DNA from: an uncultured Actinomycetota bacterium
GTDB taxonomy: Bacteria; Actinomycetota; Actinomycetes; JAHEKZ01
DNA: 64,000 nt
NCBI GenBank assembly: GCA_963743915.1
Contig: CAVURN010000002.1
Coordinates: forward strand, 384,001-448,000
Direction of reading: 5' to 3'
Made by a program: the position numbers and the translations under genes
Notes under the pieces: model-generated
Told to the model about the DNA's origin: nothing
Databases searched by the model: none
Seen by the model: only the letters and a program-made list of their open reading frames with translations
Part shown: piece by piece, positions 21,517 through 33,151 of the stretch
Layout: every line of letters starts with the position of its first letter
Position numbering within the stretch: position 1 is the stretch's first letter

Positions 21517-22250
21517 GAGCTGGACACCGTCGCCAGTGCCTCCTGCAGGGTGAAGGCACCGGCGTACAGAGCCTTGCCGACGATGGCGCCCTCGACACCG
21601 ATCGGCACCAGTGCGGCGATCGCCTCGAGGTCGGCGAGCGAGGAGACGCCTCCGCTGGCGACCACCGGTCGGTCGGTGCGGGTACAGACCGCCGTGAGCA
21701 GCTCCAGGTTCGGGCCCTGGAGGGTGCCGTCCTTGGCGACGTCGGTGACGACGTAGCGCGCGCAGCCGTCGCGGTCGAGCCGGTCCAGCGTCTCCCAGAG
21801 GTCGCCACCTTCTTGCGTCCAGCCACGCGCCGCGAGCGTGGTGCCGCGCACGTCGAGCCCCACCGCGATCCGGTCACCATGCTCGGCGATCGCCTTGGCA
21901 CACCACGTCGGGCTCTCCAGCGCCGCCGTGCCGAGATTGACCCGGCGACATCCTGTGGCGAGCGCGGCGTCCAGCGACGCATCGTCGCGGATGCCACCGC
22001 TCAGCTCGACGTCCACGTCGAGGCGACCGACCACCTCCGCGAGCAGCTCGCGGTTGCTGCCGCGTCCGAAGGCTGCGTCGAGGTCGACGAGGTGGATCCA
22101 CTCCGCGCCCGCCTGCTGCCAGGCCAGCGCTGCCGCCCAGGGGTCGCCGTAGGAGGTCTCCGAGCCGGCCTCGCCCTGGACCAGGCGCACTGCCTGTCCG
22201 TCTGCGACGTCGACAGCCGGCAACAGCTGCAGACGAGGGGCGGCGTTCAC
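21513..22250 (-). CDS. priA: Bifunctional HisA/TrpF isomerase
   Basis: [26 protein letters not shown] (PriA signature). Confidence 0.95.
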   Translation of the reverse strand: MNAAPRLQLLPAVDVADGQAVRLVQGEAGSETSYGDPWAAALAWQQAGAEWIHLVDLDAAFGRGSNRELLAEVVGRLDVDVELSGGIRDDASLDAALATGCRRVNLGTAALESPTWCAKAIAEHGDRIAVGLDVRGTTLAARGWTQEGGDLWETLDRLDRDGCARYVVTDVAKDGTLQGPNLELLTAVCTRTDRPVVASGGVSSLADLEAIAALVPIGVEGAIVGKALYAGAFTLQEALATVSSS

Positions 22251-22276
22251 GGCGGGAAGCCTAGCCACGGCCGCTG

Positions 22277-22624
22277 TCAGAGGTGGACGCGGCGTTCCGG
22301 GTCCCACACGAGCCAGACGATCAGCGGGACGGCGATCGTCGTGATGGTCAGCCCGAACCATCGGGCGTTCCATGTGTCGGTGAAGACCCAGATCAGCGCA
22401 TTGGCCGCCAACCAGAGCCCGAACACGACCCAGAGCCTCCGTCGCTGCCGCTGCTCGCGGGCCGACCGCACCTTCTTCTTCTGGGCCGGCTTCTGCCCGG
22501 GCCTCTGGCCACCTCGCGGACGGGCCTCGGACCCGACGGCGTTCGCTGCCGCACCGTCGCGGGTCCTCGGCGCGCGCTTCTTCGCCCGCTGCTCGGCCCG
22601 GCGCCTCGCCTTCTGCTTGCTCAT
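22277..22624 (-). CDS. Small membrane protein with basic N-terminus and 2 C-terminal TM helices
   Basis: [13 protein letters not shown].. then hydrophobic hairpin; appears fused to hisH only through a frameshift. Confidence 0.75.
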   Translation of the reverse strand: MSKQKARRRAEQRAKKRAPRTRDGAAANAVGSEARPRGGQRPGQKPAQKKKVRSAREQRQRRRLWVVFGLWLAANALIWVFTDTWNARWFGLTITTIAVPLIVWLVWDPERRVHL

Positions 22625-22635
22625 GTCAGGTGAGG

Positions 22636-23275
22636 CTAGAGGGTTCGGAGCCAGTTGCGGAGCAGCTGCCAGCCCCGCGTCACCGGACTTCTCCGGGTGG
22701 AACTGCGTGGCCGACAACGGTCCGCCTTCGACCGCCGCCACGAACCGGCTGCCGTGCGTGGACCACGTCACGACCGGCGAGGGGAGCTGAGCGTCAGGCT
22801 CGAGCACCCAGTCCCGGACGCCATACGAGTGGACGAAGTAGAAGCGCTCCCCCTCGACGCCCGCGAACAGCTCGGAGCCGGACGCCACCTCCACGGTGTT
22901 CCACCCCATGTGGGGCAGCACCGGGGCGTCGAGGCGCTCGACGACGCCCGGCCACCGTCCGAATCCCGCCGTCTCCACGCCGTGTTCCACGCCGCTGCCG
23001 AACATCACCTGCATGCCGACGCAGATGCCGAGGACCGGCCGGCCCTCCACGAGACGTCGATCGACCAGCTCGGACGCGTGCAGAGCCGCCAGTCCCTGCA
23101 TGCACGCGGCGAACGCCCCGACCCCGGGGACCACCAGGCCATCGGCCTCCAGTGATGCGCTGCGGTCGGAGGTCACGGTGACGTCGGCGCCGGCGCGCTC
23201 CAGGGCGCGAGAGGCCGAGCGGACGTTGCCCGACCCGTAGTCGAGCACGACCACCGAGCGGCGCTGTCCGCTCAC
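22636..23275 (-). CDS. hisH: Imidazole glycerol phosphate synthase glutaminase subunit (extra base near 22670)
   Basis: [29 protein letters not shown]; removing one G restores [11 protein letters not shown]. Confidence 0.94.
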
Positions 23276-23427
23276 AGGTACAACCACCCCGCCAGAGCAC
23301 AGAGCAGCCCGAACACCACGAGCAGCACCGCGGACCACACCGGTTTGCGCCCCGTGTAGAAGGCGTAGGCGCCGCCGAAGCAGAAGCCGGCGAGGGCGAA
23401 GAACAGGACCGAGAGGTACTCGGTCAT
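23272..23427 (-). CDS. 51-aa two-TM protein between hisB and hisH (absent from ORF track)
   Basis: [51 protein letters not shown]; ATGA/GTGA overlaps on both sides. Confidence 0.82.
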   Translation of the reverse strand: MTEYLSVLFFALAGFCFGGAYAFYTGRKPVWSAVLLVVFGLLCALAGWLYL

Positions 23428-24029
23428 GCGCCGAGCGTGCCCTTGGTCGAGGGGACACCGGTGACACGCGCATCGAGGCTCACCGCGTCGCGCAGGGCGC
23501 GGGCCACCGCCTTGAACTGCGCCTCGACCACGTGGTGGGCGTTGCGCCCCGTCTGCACCTCGACGTGGAGGGTGATCCGTGCCTCCGCCACGACCGACTC
23601 CCAGATGTGCCGGGTGAGTGTGGTGTCGTACGTGCCGATCAGCTCGACCAGCTCCGGCTCGGAGTGCACGAGGTAGGGCCGCCCTGAGAGGTCGACGGCG
23701 GCCAGCACGCGGGTCTCGTCGAGCGGCACCACCGCAGAACCGAACCGCCGGACACCGGACTTGTCACCGAGCGCCTCGCGCAGGGCCTGTCCGACGGCGA
23801 GCGAGGTGTCCTCGACCGTGTGGTGCGCGTCGACGTCGAGGTCGCCCTTCGTCTGCACGGTGAGGTCGAGCCAGCCGTGCTTGCCGAGCTGGGAGAGCAT
23901 GTGGTCGAAGAAGGGCACGCCGGTGTCGACGTCGACCTGGCCGGTGCCGTCCAGCGCCAGCTCGACCAGCACGGACGACTCCTTGGTGGCGCGCTCCACC
24001 CGAGCGGCACGCGGTGCGGTGGACGTCAT
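23424..24029 (-). CDS. hisB: Imidazoleglycerol-phosphate dehydratase
   Basis: [31 protein letters not shown]. Confidence 0.97.
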   Translation of the reverse strand: MTSTAPRAARVERATKESSVLVELALDGTGQVDVDTGVPFFDHMLSQLGKHGWLDLTVQTKGDLDVDAHHTVEDTSLAVGQALREALGDKSGVRRFGSAVVPLDETRVLAAVDLSGRPYLVHSEPELVELIGTYDTTLTRHIWESVVAEARITLHVEVQTGRNAHHVVEAQFKAVARALRDAVSLDARVTGVPSTKGTLGA

Positions 24030-25117
24030 GCGACGGACTCCTTCGTGATGGCGGTGAGGGCCGTGAGGAACGCGGTCGTCTCCTCCGGGGTGCCGGCGGT
24101 GACACGCAGATGACCAGGAACTCCGACGTCCCGGATCAGGACGCTCGCCTCGAGCAGCCGGCGCCACAGGACCGACTGGTCGTCGACGCCGCCGAAGAAG
24201 ACGAAGTTGGCGTCGGAGGGGTACACGTCGTAGCCCAGGTCGGTGAGGGTGTCGACGATGCGGTCGCGCTGCACCTTCAGCGCCTCCACCCACCGGAGCA
24301 GCTCGTCGGCGTGGGTGAGCGCCGCACGACCGACGGCCTGGGTGACCGCTGACAGGTGGTAGGGCAGGCGCACCAGCTGCAGTGCGTCGACCACGGCCGG
24401 GTTCGCGACCGCGTAGCCCAGGCGGGCACCGGCCAGCTCGAGCGCCTTGCTCAGCGTGCGCACCACGACCAGGCGCTCACGCCCGGGAAGCAGGGTGCAG
24501 GCGCTGGGCCGGTCGGAGAACTCCGCGTACGCCTCGTCGACGACGACCAGTGCCCGCGTCTCGTCACACACCTGCGCGACGACCTCGAGCTCGAGCGAGG
24601 TGCCGGTGGGGTTGTTCGGGGAGCAGAGGAACACCACGTCCGGATCGTGCTCAGCGACCGCCTGCCGGATGTCGACGACCGTGAGCGCGAATCCGTCGCC
24701 CCGCGCAGCGCTCCGGTACTCGGTACCCGTGCCCCGCGCGATCAGTCGGTGCATCGAGTAGGTCGGCTCGAACCCCAGCGCCCGACGTCCGCTGCCGCCG
24801 AACGCCTGCAGCAGCTGCTGGAGCACCTCGTTGCTGCCGTTGGCCGGCCACACGGCGTCTGCGGCCACGTCCGCACCCGTCCGCGCCCGCACGTAGCCCG
24901 CGAGCGACTCACGCAGCAGGACCGCGTCGCGGTCGGGGTACCGGTTCAGCCCGAAGGCGGCATCGGTGACCTGCTCGACGATGGACGCCACCACTGCGGC
25001 ACCCGGTGCGTACGGATTCTCGTTGGTGTTCAGGCGGACGGCGACGTCGATCTGCGGTGCGCCGTACGGGGTCTGCCCCCGGAGCTCGTCGCGCAGCGGC
25101 AGGTCGTCGAGTCCCAT
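24026..25117 (-). CDS. hisC: Histidinol-phosphate aminotransferase
   Basis: [30 protein letters not shown]. Confidence 0.96.
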   Translation of the reverse strand: MGLDDLPLRDELRGQTPYGAPQIDVAVRLNTNENPYAPGAAVVASIVEQVTDAAFGLNRYPDRDAVLLRESLAGYVRARTGADVAADAVWPANGSNEVLQQLLQAFGGSGRRALGFEPTYSMHRLIARGTGTEYRSAARGDGFALTVVDIRQAVAEHDPDVVFLCSPNNPTGTSLELEVVAQVCDETRALVVVDEAYAEFSDRPSACTLLPGRERLVVVRTLSKALELAGARLGYAVANPAVVDALQLVRLPYHLSAVTQAVGRAALTHADELLRWVEALKVQRDRIVDTLTDLGYDVYPSDANFVFFGGVDDQSVLWRRLLEASVLIRDVGVPGHLRVTAGTPEETTAFLTALTAITKESVA

Positions 25118-26421
25118 CAGCTGTCCCGGGGCACGCGCGCCCGCACCGCGTCGACGTGCGCCTGAAGGTCTTCAGCGCCGCCGAGCGCGTCGATGTGGGG
25201 AGCGGACGCAGCCAGAGCCGCGCGGTCGTACTCGATCACGTGGATCCCGCGCAGGAACGACTGCACCGACAGACCGCCGGTGTGGCGCGCCGTGCCTCCC
25301 GTCGGCAGCACGTGGTTGGACCCGGCGAGGTAGTCGCCGAGCGACACAGGGGCGTACGGGCCGACGAAGATGGCGCCGGCGTTGCGAACCCGGTCGGCCC
25401 GAGCCCGCGCGTCGGCCGTGACCACCTCGAGGTGCTCGGCAGCCCACTCATCGACCACTGCGAGTCCCTGCTCGAGGTCGTCGACCAGGCAGTAGGCACT
25501 CTGCTTCGACAGCGCCGTCTCGACGCGCTCCCGGTGCCGGGTGGCGGGTACCTGGACGGCGAGCTCGGCGTCGACCGCGTCGAGCAGGTCGGCGCTGTCG
25601 GTGACGAGCAGGCAGGACGCGTTCTCGTCGTGCTCGGCCTGCGCGATGAGGTCTGCCGCCAGGTAGCGGGGGTCGGCACCGGCGTCGGCGAGGATTCCGA
25701 TCTCGGTCGGGCCGGCCTCCGAGTCGATCCCGATGGTCCCCTTCAGGAGCCGCTTGGCCGCTGCGACGTACACGTTGCCGGGGCCGGTCACGAGGTCGAC
25801 CCGTGGACAGTCCTCCGTGCCGTAGGCGAACATCGCCACCGCTTGAGCTCCTCCGACCGCGTACACCTCGGTGACGCCCAGCAGGCCGCACGCCGCGAGG
25901 ATCGTGGGGTGGGGAAGCCCCCCGTGCTCACGCTGCGGAGGCGACGCGACAGCGAGCGCGCCCACCCCGGCCACCTGGGCAGGGACCACGTTCATGACCA
26001 CGCTGCTGGGATAGACGTAGACCCCACCGGGCACGTACAGACCCACGCGGCCCACCGGCACCCATCGCTCGGTGACCGTGCCGCCGGGCACGACCTCGAC
26101 GGTCAGGTCCTCGCGCCGCTGCACCTGGTGGACGCGTCGGGTCCGGTCGATGGCCTCCTCGAGAGCGGCCCGGAGCTCGGGGGTCAGCGTGGCCACCGCG
26201 TCCTCGATGGCGGCGACCGGTACCCGCGCCGATGGCACGTCGACGCCGTCGAACCGTGCAGTCAGCTCGCGCACGGCGGCGGCGCCCCGGTGGCGCACGT
26301 CGTCGCAGAGGGGTCGCACCACGTCGACTGCCGCCTCGACGCTCAATGCGGCCCGCGGCAGCACGTCACGGGGATCGACGGACGAGCGCGCTGCCCCGGT
26401 GAGGTCGATGCGGGAGATCAT
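25117..26421 (-). CDS. hisD: Histidinol dehydrogenase
   Basis: [37 protein letters not shown]. Confidence 0.97.
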   Translation of the reverse strand: MISRIDLTGAARSSVDPRDVLPRAALSVEAAVDVVRPLCDDVRHRGAAAVRELTARFDGVDVPSARVPVAAIEDAVATLTPELRAALEEAIDRTRRVHQVQRREDLTVEVVPGGTVTERWVPVGRVGLYVPGGVYVYPSSVVMNVVPAQVAGVGALAVASPPQREHGGLPHPTILAACGLLGVTEVYAVGGAQAVAMFAYGTEDCPRVDLVTGPGNVYVAAAKRLLKGTIGIDSEAGPTEIGILADAGADPRYLAADLIAQAEHDENASCLLVTDSADLLDAVDAELAVQVPATRHRERVETALSKQSAYCLVDDLEQGLAVVDEWAAEHLEVVTADARARADRVRNAGAIFVGPYAPVSLGDYLAGSNHVLPTGGTARHTGGLSVQSFLRGIHVIEYDRAALAASAPHIDALGGAEDLQAHVDAVRARVPRDS

Positions 26422-26449
26422 GGGACCAGAGTCTAGGAAGGACCGCGGT

Positions 26450-26971
26450 CTAGCCGGAGGGTGGAGGCGGCGCAGGTGCCACGGCCGCCGAGGCGAGGAG
26501 CATGCCGAGCAGGCCCAGCGCCGCCACCAGTGGCGCGAGCAGCACCCCCGGCGCGCGGAGGCTGAGGGCTCCCTCGACCGTGGTGGTGACCCCCGCCGCG
26601 ACCGTGTCGACCAGGGACGCCGGGTCCGGCGGCCCCAGGACACCGCCCACCACCCATCCGGTGAGGCTCACCAGCGCCGCGCCGACCGCCACCGACACGG
26701 CGAGCGGCACCGGCTGGGAGCGACCGCGGGTCCACAGCAGCGCCGTGAGGGCGATCCCGGTCAGCAGGCCGAGCACCAGGAACCAGCCGTCGGCGGCGAA
26801 CCAGTCGTCGTGGCCGATGTCGGCCGGCACGACGGACCCGTCGGAGGTGATCGTCCACTTCACGGCCGGGGTCAGCAGCCACCACAGGACGCCCAGGACG
26901 ACACCGAGCACGATGCCCACGAGCGCCCCCTCCGCGCCGATCTGCAGACGGGCGCGGCCGGCCTCGGTCAC
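26450..26971 (-). CDS. DUF2567-like membrane protein
   Basis: 4 TM helices, FAADGWF motif. Confidence 0.65.
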   Translation of the reverse strand: MTEAGRARLQIGAEGALVGIVLGVVLGVLWWLLTPAVKWTITSDGSVVPADIGHDDWFAADGWFLVLGLLTGIALTALLWTRGRSQPVPLAVSVAVGAALVSLTGWVVGGVLGPPDPASLVDTVAAGVTTTVEGALSLRAPGVLLAPLVAALGLLGMLLASAAVAPAPPPPSG

Positions 26972-28467
26972 GTGTCGCTCGCGTCGGAGAACACCAGCCG
27001 GAGACGGATGCGTGAGCCCCCGTCATCGGGCGTCACTGTGCCGCCGAATCCGGCCAACGGCTCGATGACCGAGGAGGCGTCCGGTGCTGCGAGCTGGGCG
27101 AAGCTGCGGATCGTCGCGAGGTCCACCCACACCAGGGAGGCGGCCTCCCCGCTGTCCGGCAGCGCCTCGCGGTACGTCGGGTCGCTGCCGAGTTCGCCGT
27201 CGCCTGCCTCCAGCCGGTCGGCGAACTGCTGGGAGGTGGCGACCACCATTCCGTCGGCGACCGCCTGCGCGGTGAAGCCGAACCCACCGGTCAGTGGATC
27301 GAGGACCCGCTGCAGCCGCCGGGCCAGGTCGTCGGCCGACGCCGGGTCGGTGACCGACCGCAACCCGATCCCGGGGACGCCGGTGAGCAGCCCTCCACCG
27401 TCCACGGCAGCGACCATGTCGTCACCGAGCAGCGTCTCCAGGTCGTCGGGCACGACGAGTCCGTACTGCGCCTCGAGCTCGGCGAGCTGACGCTCGAGCT
27501 CGCGGGTGCCGCCCGCTTCCTCCACCCGATCGAGCACCGACTGCCACTGACTTGCCACGGCCTCAGCACCACCGGTGACCTCCAGGGCGAGAACCGTGCT
27601 CTTCGGGAGTCCCTCGGCGAGGACCGCCGGTGTCGCCGAGGTCGAGACGTCGACGCTGCTCCACGCGAGCAGCTCGAGGGCACTCGGCTCCGCGCGGAGC
27701 ACTGCACCCGTCTGGCCCCCGCCCATCGTCGAGCCATCGAACGCGTCGAACCCCAGGTCCGTCGCGAGGGTCTCGGCGGCGGCGTCGAGCGCTTCGGCGT
27801 CGACGTACATGCTCATGATCCCGTCGTCGAGGCGGTCGAACACCTCCTGGAAGGGCGAGGACTCGGCCAACGGGGCGGTGTCCGCAGCAGCAACGATCTC
27901 CGCGGCCGTCGCGGAGTCCGGGAAGCGGGGGACCTCCCCCTCGGGCAAGAGGTCTCCGCCCACGAGCGGGACCTCGGAGAAGAGGTCGCCGGACACGATG
28001 ACGTAGCCGTCGGCGAGCGCCATCTGGTCGTCGTCGAGGACTCGACCGAGGTCGGCGAGCGCCTCGTCACCGTCGGTCGCCTGCAGCGCCGCAACCGGCG
28101 TCAAGGCGCGCTTCTCCGCGTCCCAGCTCAGGCCGATGCCCACGCGGTCACCGACCCAGTCCTCGACCCGTGCCCCTTCCAGGTCGGTGCCCTGGACCAA
28201 CCGGTCGATCACCACCTGGCGCAGGTCCGGCCGCTCTCCGTAGGCGTCCTCGACGTCGGGGAACCGGCCCAGCAGGCGGACGAGGTTGAGCTTCTGCTCC
28301 GCGGCCGGGTCGAGGTCGACGTCGGCGAAGGCCACCAGGGTGTCGGGCAGGACGTCCTCGGGCTGGGTGCCGCCTCCGCCGACGAAGGCGCCCACGGCGA
28401 AGCCCGCACCAGCAGCGGCCACGACGGCGACCGCTGCGCCCGTGACGACGAGGGCGCGCCGGTTCAC
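26968..28467 (-). CDS. Exported/anchored DUF3352-like protein
   Basis: Hydrophobic N-terminus, GGGTQPEDVLP..DLDP..QK, WVGDR; GTGA overlap with the dnaE stop. Confidence 0.7.
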   Translation of the reverse strand: MNRRALVVTGAAVAVVAAAGAGFAVGAFVGGGGTQPEDVLPDTLVAFADVDLDPAAEQKLNLVRLLGRFPDVEDAYGERPDLRQVVIDRLVQGTDLEGARVEDWVGDRVGIGLSWDAEKRALTPVAALQATDGDEALADLGRVLDDDQMALADGYVIVSGDLFSEVPLVGGDLLPEGEVPRFPDSATAAEIVAAADTAPLAESSPFQEVFDRLDDGIMSMYVDAEALDAAAETLATDLGFDAFDGSTMGGGQTGAVLRAEPSALELLAWSSVDVSTSATPAVLAEGLPKSTVLALEVTGGAEAVASQWQSVLDRVEEAGGTRELERQLAELEAQYGLVVPDDLETLLGDDMVAAVDGGGLLTGVPGIGLRSVTDPASADDLARRLQRVLDPLTGGFGFTAQAVADGMVVATSQQFADRLEAGDGELGSDPTYREALPDSGEAASLVWVDLATIRSFAQLAAPDASSVIEPLAGFGGTVTPDDGGSRIRLRLVFSDASDT

Positions 28468-31400
28468 GCCACGCTGCCTTGGCCGAGAAGGGCCTTGACG
28501 TCGCCGAAGAGCGCGGGTGAGGGGCGGACGCGCAGCCGGTCGTCGAGCCGCATGACCGTGGTGCGTCCGCCGGACTGCAGTTGCAGATGGACCTCGACGG
28601 TGCCGGGGTGGGCGCTGAGCACCTCCTTGAGCCGGTCCACCACCGGCGGCACGCACCGGGCGACCGGCAGCGAGATGACCACCGGACCTCGCGCCTCCTC
28701 GGCGTCGAGGTCGGGCACGGTCATCTCCATCGCCACGAGCTTCGGGACGTCCTCGCGCCGGTCGAGCCGGCCCTTGACCAGCACGATGCGGTCCTCGTGC
28801 AGCTGGGGGGCGACGAGCTGGTAGGCGGACGGGAAGAACATGACCTCGACCGCGCCCTCGAGGTCCTCGATCGTGGCGATCGCCCAGGCGTTCCCCTGCT
28901 TGGTGACCTTCCGCTGAAGACTGGTGATGAGACCGCCGATGGTGAGCGTGGACCCGTCGGGTCGCTCCGCGTCGGCCATCAGCTCGGCCACCGAGCAGTC
29001 GGCGTTCGCTGCGAGCACGTGCTCCACGCCGAAGAGCGGATGGTCCGACACGTACAGCCCGAGCATCTCGCGCTCGTGGGTGAGCAGGGTGGACTTCTCC
29101 CACTCGCCGACAGGGATGGTGAGATCGGTGGTGAAGGCCGCAGTCTCGGAGTCCTCGGAGGAGCCGAACAGGTCGAACTGACCGATGGCTTCGGCCCGCT
29201 TCGTCTCGAGCACCATGTCCACGGCCTCGGCGTGCACGGTGATCAGGCCACGACGCGTGTGGCCGAGGGAGTCAAAGGCACCCGCCTTGACCAACGACTC
29301 GATGACCCGCTTGTTGCAGACGACCTGGTCGACCTTTGCGAGGAAGTCGGTGAAGTCGGTGAAGCGACCCTTGCTGCGCCGCGCCTCGACGACCGATCCG
29401 ACGACGTTGAGTCCCACGTTCCGGATCGCCGCGAGACCGAACCGGATGTCCGAGCCCCGCGGCGTGTAGTTGGCGTCGGAGTCGTTGACGTCCGGAGGGA
29501 GCACCTTGATGCCCATCCGGCGGCACTCGTGCAGGTAGAGCGCGGACTTGTCCTTGTCGTCCCGCACCGAGGTGAGCAGCGCCGCCATGTACTCGGCCGG
29601 GAAGTTGGCCTTCAGGAACGCCGTCCAGTACGACACCAGGCCGTATCCAGCGGTATGCGCCTTGTTGAACGCGTAGTCGGCGAACGGCACGAGGATGTCC
29701 CACAGCGTCGTGATCGCCTTGTCGGAGTAGCCACGCGCCCGCATGCCCTCGGAGAAGGGCACGAACTCCTTGTCGAGCACCTCCTTCTTCTTCTTGCCCA
29801 TCGCCCGACGGAGGAGGTCGGCCTGCCCCAGCGTGTAGCCCGCAAGCTGCTGCGCGATCGCCATGACCTGTTCCTGGTAGACGATGACGCCATAGGTGTC
29901 GCCCAGGATCTCCGACAGCGGCTCGGCCAGCTCGGGGTGGATCGGAGTGACAGGCTTGCGTCCGTTCTTGCGGTCGGCGTAGTCGTTGTGAGCGTTGGCG
30001 CCCATGGGCCCCGGCCGGTAGAGCGCGAGCACGGCCGAGATGTCCTCGAAGTTGTCCGGCACCATCGACCGGAGAAGGGCGCGCATCGGCCCGCCGTCGA
30101 GCTGGAACACCCCGAGCGTGTCCCCTCGCGCCAGGAGCTCGTAGGTCGGTTTGTCGTCCAGCGACAGCGTCTCCAGCACGATCGTCTCGCTGCGGTTCGC
30201 CTCGATGTTGGCGAGGGCGTCCTCGAGCACCGTCAGGTTGCGCAGCCCGAGGAAGTCCATCTTCAGCAGCCCGAGCGCTTCACAGGTCGGGTAGTCGAAC
30301 TGCGTGATGATGGCGCCGTCCTGCTCGCGCTTCATGATCGGGATGTGGTCGACCAGGCGCTCGCTGGACATGATGACGCCGGCGGCGTGCACGCCCCACT
30401 GGCGCTTGAGGTTCTCGAGGCCTCTCGCGGTGTCGACGACCCGCTTGGCGTCCGCGTCCGACTCGTACAGCGCCCGGAACTCGCCGGCCTCGCTGTACCG
30501 CCTGTCCTTGGGGTCGAAGATACCGCCGAGCGAGATGTCCTTGCCCATCACCGACGGGGGCATCACCTTGGTGATGCGGTCACCGAGCGCGTAGGGATAC
30601 CCCAGCACGCGTGAGGCGTCCTTGACCGCCTGCTTGGCCTTGATGGTCCCGTAGGTGACGATCTGCGCGACGCGGTCGTCGCCGTACCGCTCGGTGACGT
30701 AGCGGATGACGTCGCCGCGTCGACGCTCGTCGAAGTCGATGTCGATGTCGGGCATCGAGACGCGCTCGGGGTTGAGGAAACGCTCGAAGAGCAGGCCGTG
30801 CTTGAGCGGATCGAGATCGGTGATGCCGAGCGCGTAGGCCACGATCGCGCCTGCCGCCGACCCCCGTCCCGGGCCGACCCGGATACCTTGGGCCTTGGCC
30901 CAGCCGATGAAGTCGGCGACGACCAGGAAGTAGCCGGGAAAGCCCATCTGGGTGATGACGTCGACCTCGTACTCCGCCTGCTTGCGAACCTCGTCGGAGA
31001 CGCCGTCGGGGTACCGACGGTGGAGGCCGCGCTCGACCTCCTTGACGAACCAGCTCGCCTCCGACTCCCCCTCGGGGACGTCGAAGCGCGGCATGAGGTT
31101 GGCGTCCTCGTTGAAGGCCACCTCGCACCGCTCGGCGATGAGCAGCGTGTTGTCGCACGCCTCGGGGAAGTCACGCCAGACGTCCCGCATCTCCGCGGCA
31201 GTCTTGAGGTAGAAGTCGTCGGAGTCGAACTTGAACCGCGTGGGGTCGGCGAGCGTGGAGCCGGACTGCACACAGAGCAGCGCCGCATGCGCCTCGGAGT
31301 CCTGCGCGCGCGTGTAGTGCAGGTCGTTGGTGGCGACCAGTGGCAGGTTGAGCGTCTCGGCCAGCCGGAGCAGATCGTCGCGCGCACGACGTTCGATGCC

Positions 31401-31979
31401 GAGGCCGTGGTCCATGAGCTCCGCGAAGAAGTTGTCGGCCCCGAAGATGTCGCGGTAGTCGGACGCCGCCTGAACGGCCGCGTCGAACTTGCCGAGCCGC
31501 AGCAGGGTCTGGACCTCGCCGGACGGGCATCCGGTGGTGGCGATCAGCCCGGTGCTGTAGGTCTGCAGCAGCTCGCGGTCCATCCGGGGCTTGAAGTAGA
31601 AGCCCTCGATGCTGGCCAGGCTGGAGAGCCGGAAGAGATTGTGCATGCCGGTCGTGGACTCGGCGAGCAACGTCATGTGCGTGTAGGCGCCCGACCCGGA
31701 GACGTCGTCCTCCCCCCCGCCGCCCCAGCGGACCCGCGTGCGGTCGCGTCGATCGGTGCCGGGCGTCAGGTAGGCCTCGGTGCCGATGATCGGTCGGATG
31801 CCCCGGTCGCGCGCCTGTCGGTAGAAGTCGTACGCGCCGAACACGTTGCCGTGGTCGGTGATGGCGATGGCCGGCATCTGCTGCTCGACTGCGGCGTCGA
31901 GCAGCTCGCCGACGCGCGCGGCACCGTCGAGCATGGAGTACTCGGTGTGCACGTGCAGGTGCACGAACGAGTCGGCCAT
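28464..31979 (-). CDS. dnaE: DNA polymerase III alpha subunit (DnaE1), no intein
   Basis: FVHLHVHTEYSMLDGA PHP domain, GPGRGSAAG, MPDIDIDF, KMDFLGLRNL, YAFNKAH. Confidence 0.98.
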   Translation of the reverse strand: MADSFVHLHVHTEYSMLDGAARVGELLDAAVEQQMPAIAITDHGNVFGAYDFYRQARDRGIRPIIGTEAYLTPGTDRRDRTRVRWGGGGEDDVSGSGAYTHMTLLAESTTGMHNLFRLSSLASIEGFYFKPRMDRELLQTYSTGLIATTGCPSGEVQTLLRLGKFDAAVQAASDYRDIFGADNFFAELMDHGLGIERRARDDLLRLAETLNLPLVATNDLHYTRAQDSEAHAALLCVQSGSTLADPTRFKFDSDDFYLKTAAEMRDVWRDFPEACDNTLLIAERCEVAFNEDANLMPRFDVPEGESEASWFVKEVERGLHRRYPDGVSDEVRKQAEYEVDVITQMGFPGYFLVVADFIGWAKAQGIRVGPGRGSAAGAIVAYALGITDLDPLKHGLLFERFLNPERVSMPDIDIDFDERRRGDVIRYVTERYGDDRVAQIVTYGTIKAKQAVKDASRVLGYPYALGDRITKVMPPSVMGKDISLGGIFDPKDRRYSEAGEFRALYESDADAKRVVDTARGLENLKRQWGVHAAGVIMSSERLVDHIPIMKREQDGAIITQFDYPTCEALGLLKMDFLGLRNLTVLEDALANIEANRSETIVLETLSLDDKPTYELLARGDTLGVFQLDGGPMRALLRSMVPDNFEDISAVLALYRPGPMGANAHNDYADRKNGRKPVTPIHPELAEPLSEILGDTYGVIVYQEQVMAIAQQLAGYTLGQADLLRRAMGKKKKEVLDKEFVPFSEGMRARGYSDKAITTLWDILVPFADYAFNKAHTAGYGLVSYWTAFLKANFPAEYMAALLTSVRDDKDKSALYLHECRRMGIKVLPPDVNDSDANYTPRGSDIRFGLAAIRNVGLNVVGSVVEARRSKGRFTDFTDFLAKVDQVVCNKRVIESLVKAGAFDSLGHTRRGLITVHAEAVDMVLETKRAEAIGQFDLFGSSEDSETAAFTTDLTIPVGEWEKSTLLTHEREMLGLYVSDHPLFGVEHVLAANADCSVAELMADAERPDGSTLTIGGLITSLQRKVTKQGNAWAIATIEDLEGAVEVMFFPSAYQLVAPQLHEDRIVLVKGRLDRREDVPKLVAMEMTVPDLDAEEARGPVVISLPVARCVPPVVDRLKEVLSAHPGTVEVHLQLQSGGRTTVMRLDDRLRVRPSPALFGDVKALLGQGSVA

Positions 31980-32130
31980 TCCGGTGCCGGCCTCCCATCG
32001 GGGTGAGCCCATCGAGGTGGGCGGAGGGTGATGCTGAGGGCGCCGGGGGAAGGCGGCCCTGCCGACTCTAGCCGCCAGCCCGGACGATCCCGCGGCGACG
32101 CTCCGCCGAGCCTCGCAGGTGCTGTCCGGG

Positions 32131-33030
32131 TCAGCGCGCGCGGACGTTGACCCCGGTCAATGAGGGGTCCGTACCGGGCGGGGTGACGGCGTCCAGGGCG
32201 GCTACCACGTCGGGACCGAGGTCCACTGAGGCTGCGGACATGTTCTCCTCGAGGTGGCTGACCGACTTCGTCCCAGGGATGGGAAGCATCACCGGCGACC
32301 GCTGCAGCAGCCAGGCCAGCGCCAGCTGGGCGGGAGTGTGCCCAGTGGTCGCGGCCAGGGCGTCCAGGGGTCCACCCGGGCCGGCCAGCTCTCCGGTCTG
32401 CACCGGGAACCACGGGATGAAGCCGATGCCGCGGGCCTCACAGGCGTCCAGCAGCGGTTCGGCCGCCCGGTTGCTCAGGTTGTAGAGGTTCTGGACCGTG
32501 GCGACCGGGGTGATCGTCAGCGCCTCCTCCAGCTGGGCGACGGTCACCTCCGACAGACCGATGTGCTTGATCTTGCCGGCCTGCCGGAGCTCGACGAGGG
32601 CCCCGAGCTGCTCGGCCAGTGGAAGCCGGGTGTCCACCCGGTGGAGCTGGAACAGGTCGATGCTGTCGACCCGAAGTCGACGCAGGCTCAGCTCGCACTG
32701 CTGCTTGAGGTACTCCGGGAAGCCGAGGACGTGCCACTTCCCGGGACCGGTGCGGGTGAAGCCCGCCTTGGTCGCGATGACGAGGTCGTCCGGGTAGGGG
32801 TGGAGCGCCTCAGCGATCAGCTCCTCGCTGACCACCGGCCCGTACGAGTCGGCGGTGTCGATGAAGTCGACCCCGAGCTCGAGGGCCCTCCGGAGCACCG
32901 CGATCGCTCCGGCATGGTCGGCGGGTGGTCCCCAGATGCCTTCTCCGGTGATCTGCATCGCGCCGTAGCCGAGCCGGTGGACCGGCAGATCTCCTCCGAT
33001 GGCGAACGTGTCTGTCGCAGCTGTGCTCAT
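32131..33030 (-). CDS. Aldo/keto reductase
   Basis: [31 protein letters not shown]. Confidence 0.93.
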   Translation of the reverse strand: MSTAATDTFAIGGDLPVHRLGYGAMQITGEGIWGPPADHAGAIAVLRRALELGVDFIDTADSYGPVVSEELIAEALHPYPDDLVIATKAGFTRTGPGKWHVLGFPEYLKQQCELSLRRLRVDSIDLFQLHRVDTRLPLAEQLGALVELRQAGKIKHIGLSEVTVAQLEEALTITPVATVQNLYNLSNRAAEPLLDACEARGIGFIPWFPVQTGELAGPGGPLDALAATTGHTPAQLALAWLLQRSPVMLPIPGTKSVSHLEENMSAASVDLGPDVVAALDAVTPPGTDPSLTGVNVRAR

Positions 33031-33121
33031 GACCCCATCCTGCGCCCCGCACGGGGTGCGCGGATCGCCGGGATCCCCTCGACTGCACAGGGGCGATCCG
33101 CTGGCATCGAGCCAGCAGAAC

Positions 33122-33143
33122 TGTCAGACCCCGCTGGCAGAGT
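33122..33143 (+). promoter_or_regulatory. PafBC/RecA-NDp-like DNA-damage promoter
   Basis: TGTCAG-N10-CAGAGT, 8 nt before ATG 33152; consensus TGTCRG-N10-TANNNT. Confidence 0.65.
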
Positions 33144-33151
33144 GCAGCGCC

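Noticed and set aside
22277-23473. HisH-membrane protein fusion
   Set aside because: Removing one G restores the normal LLRNW..L* end of HisH.
28464-31979. Intein or insertion in dnaE
   Set aside because: Normal length (~1170 aa) and contiguous motifs.
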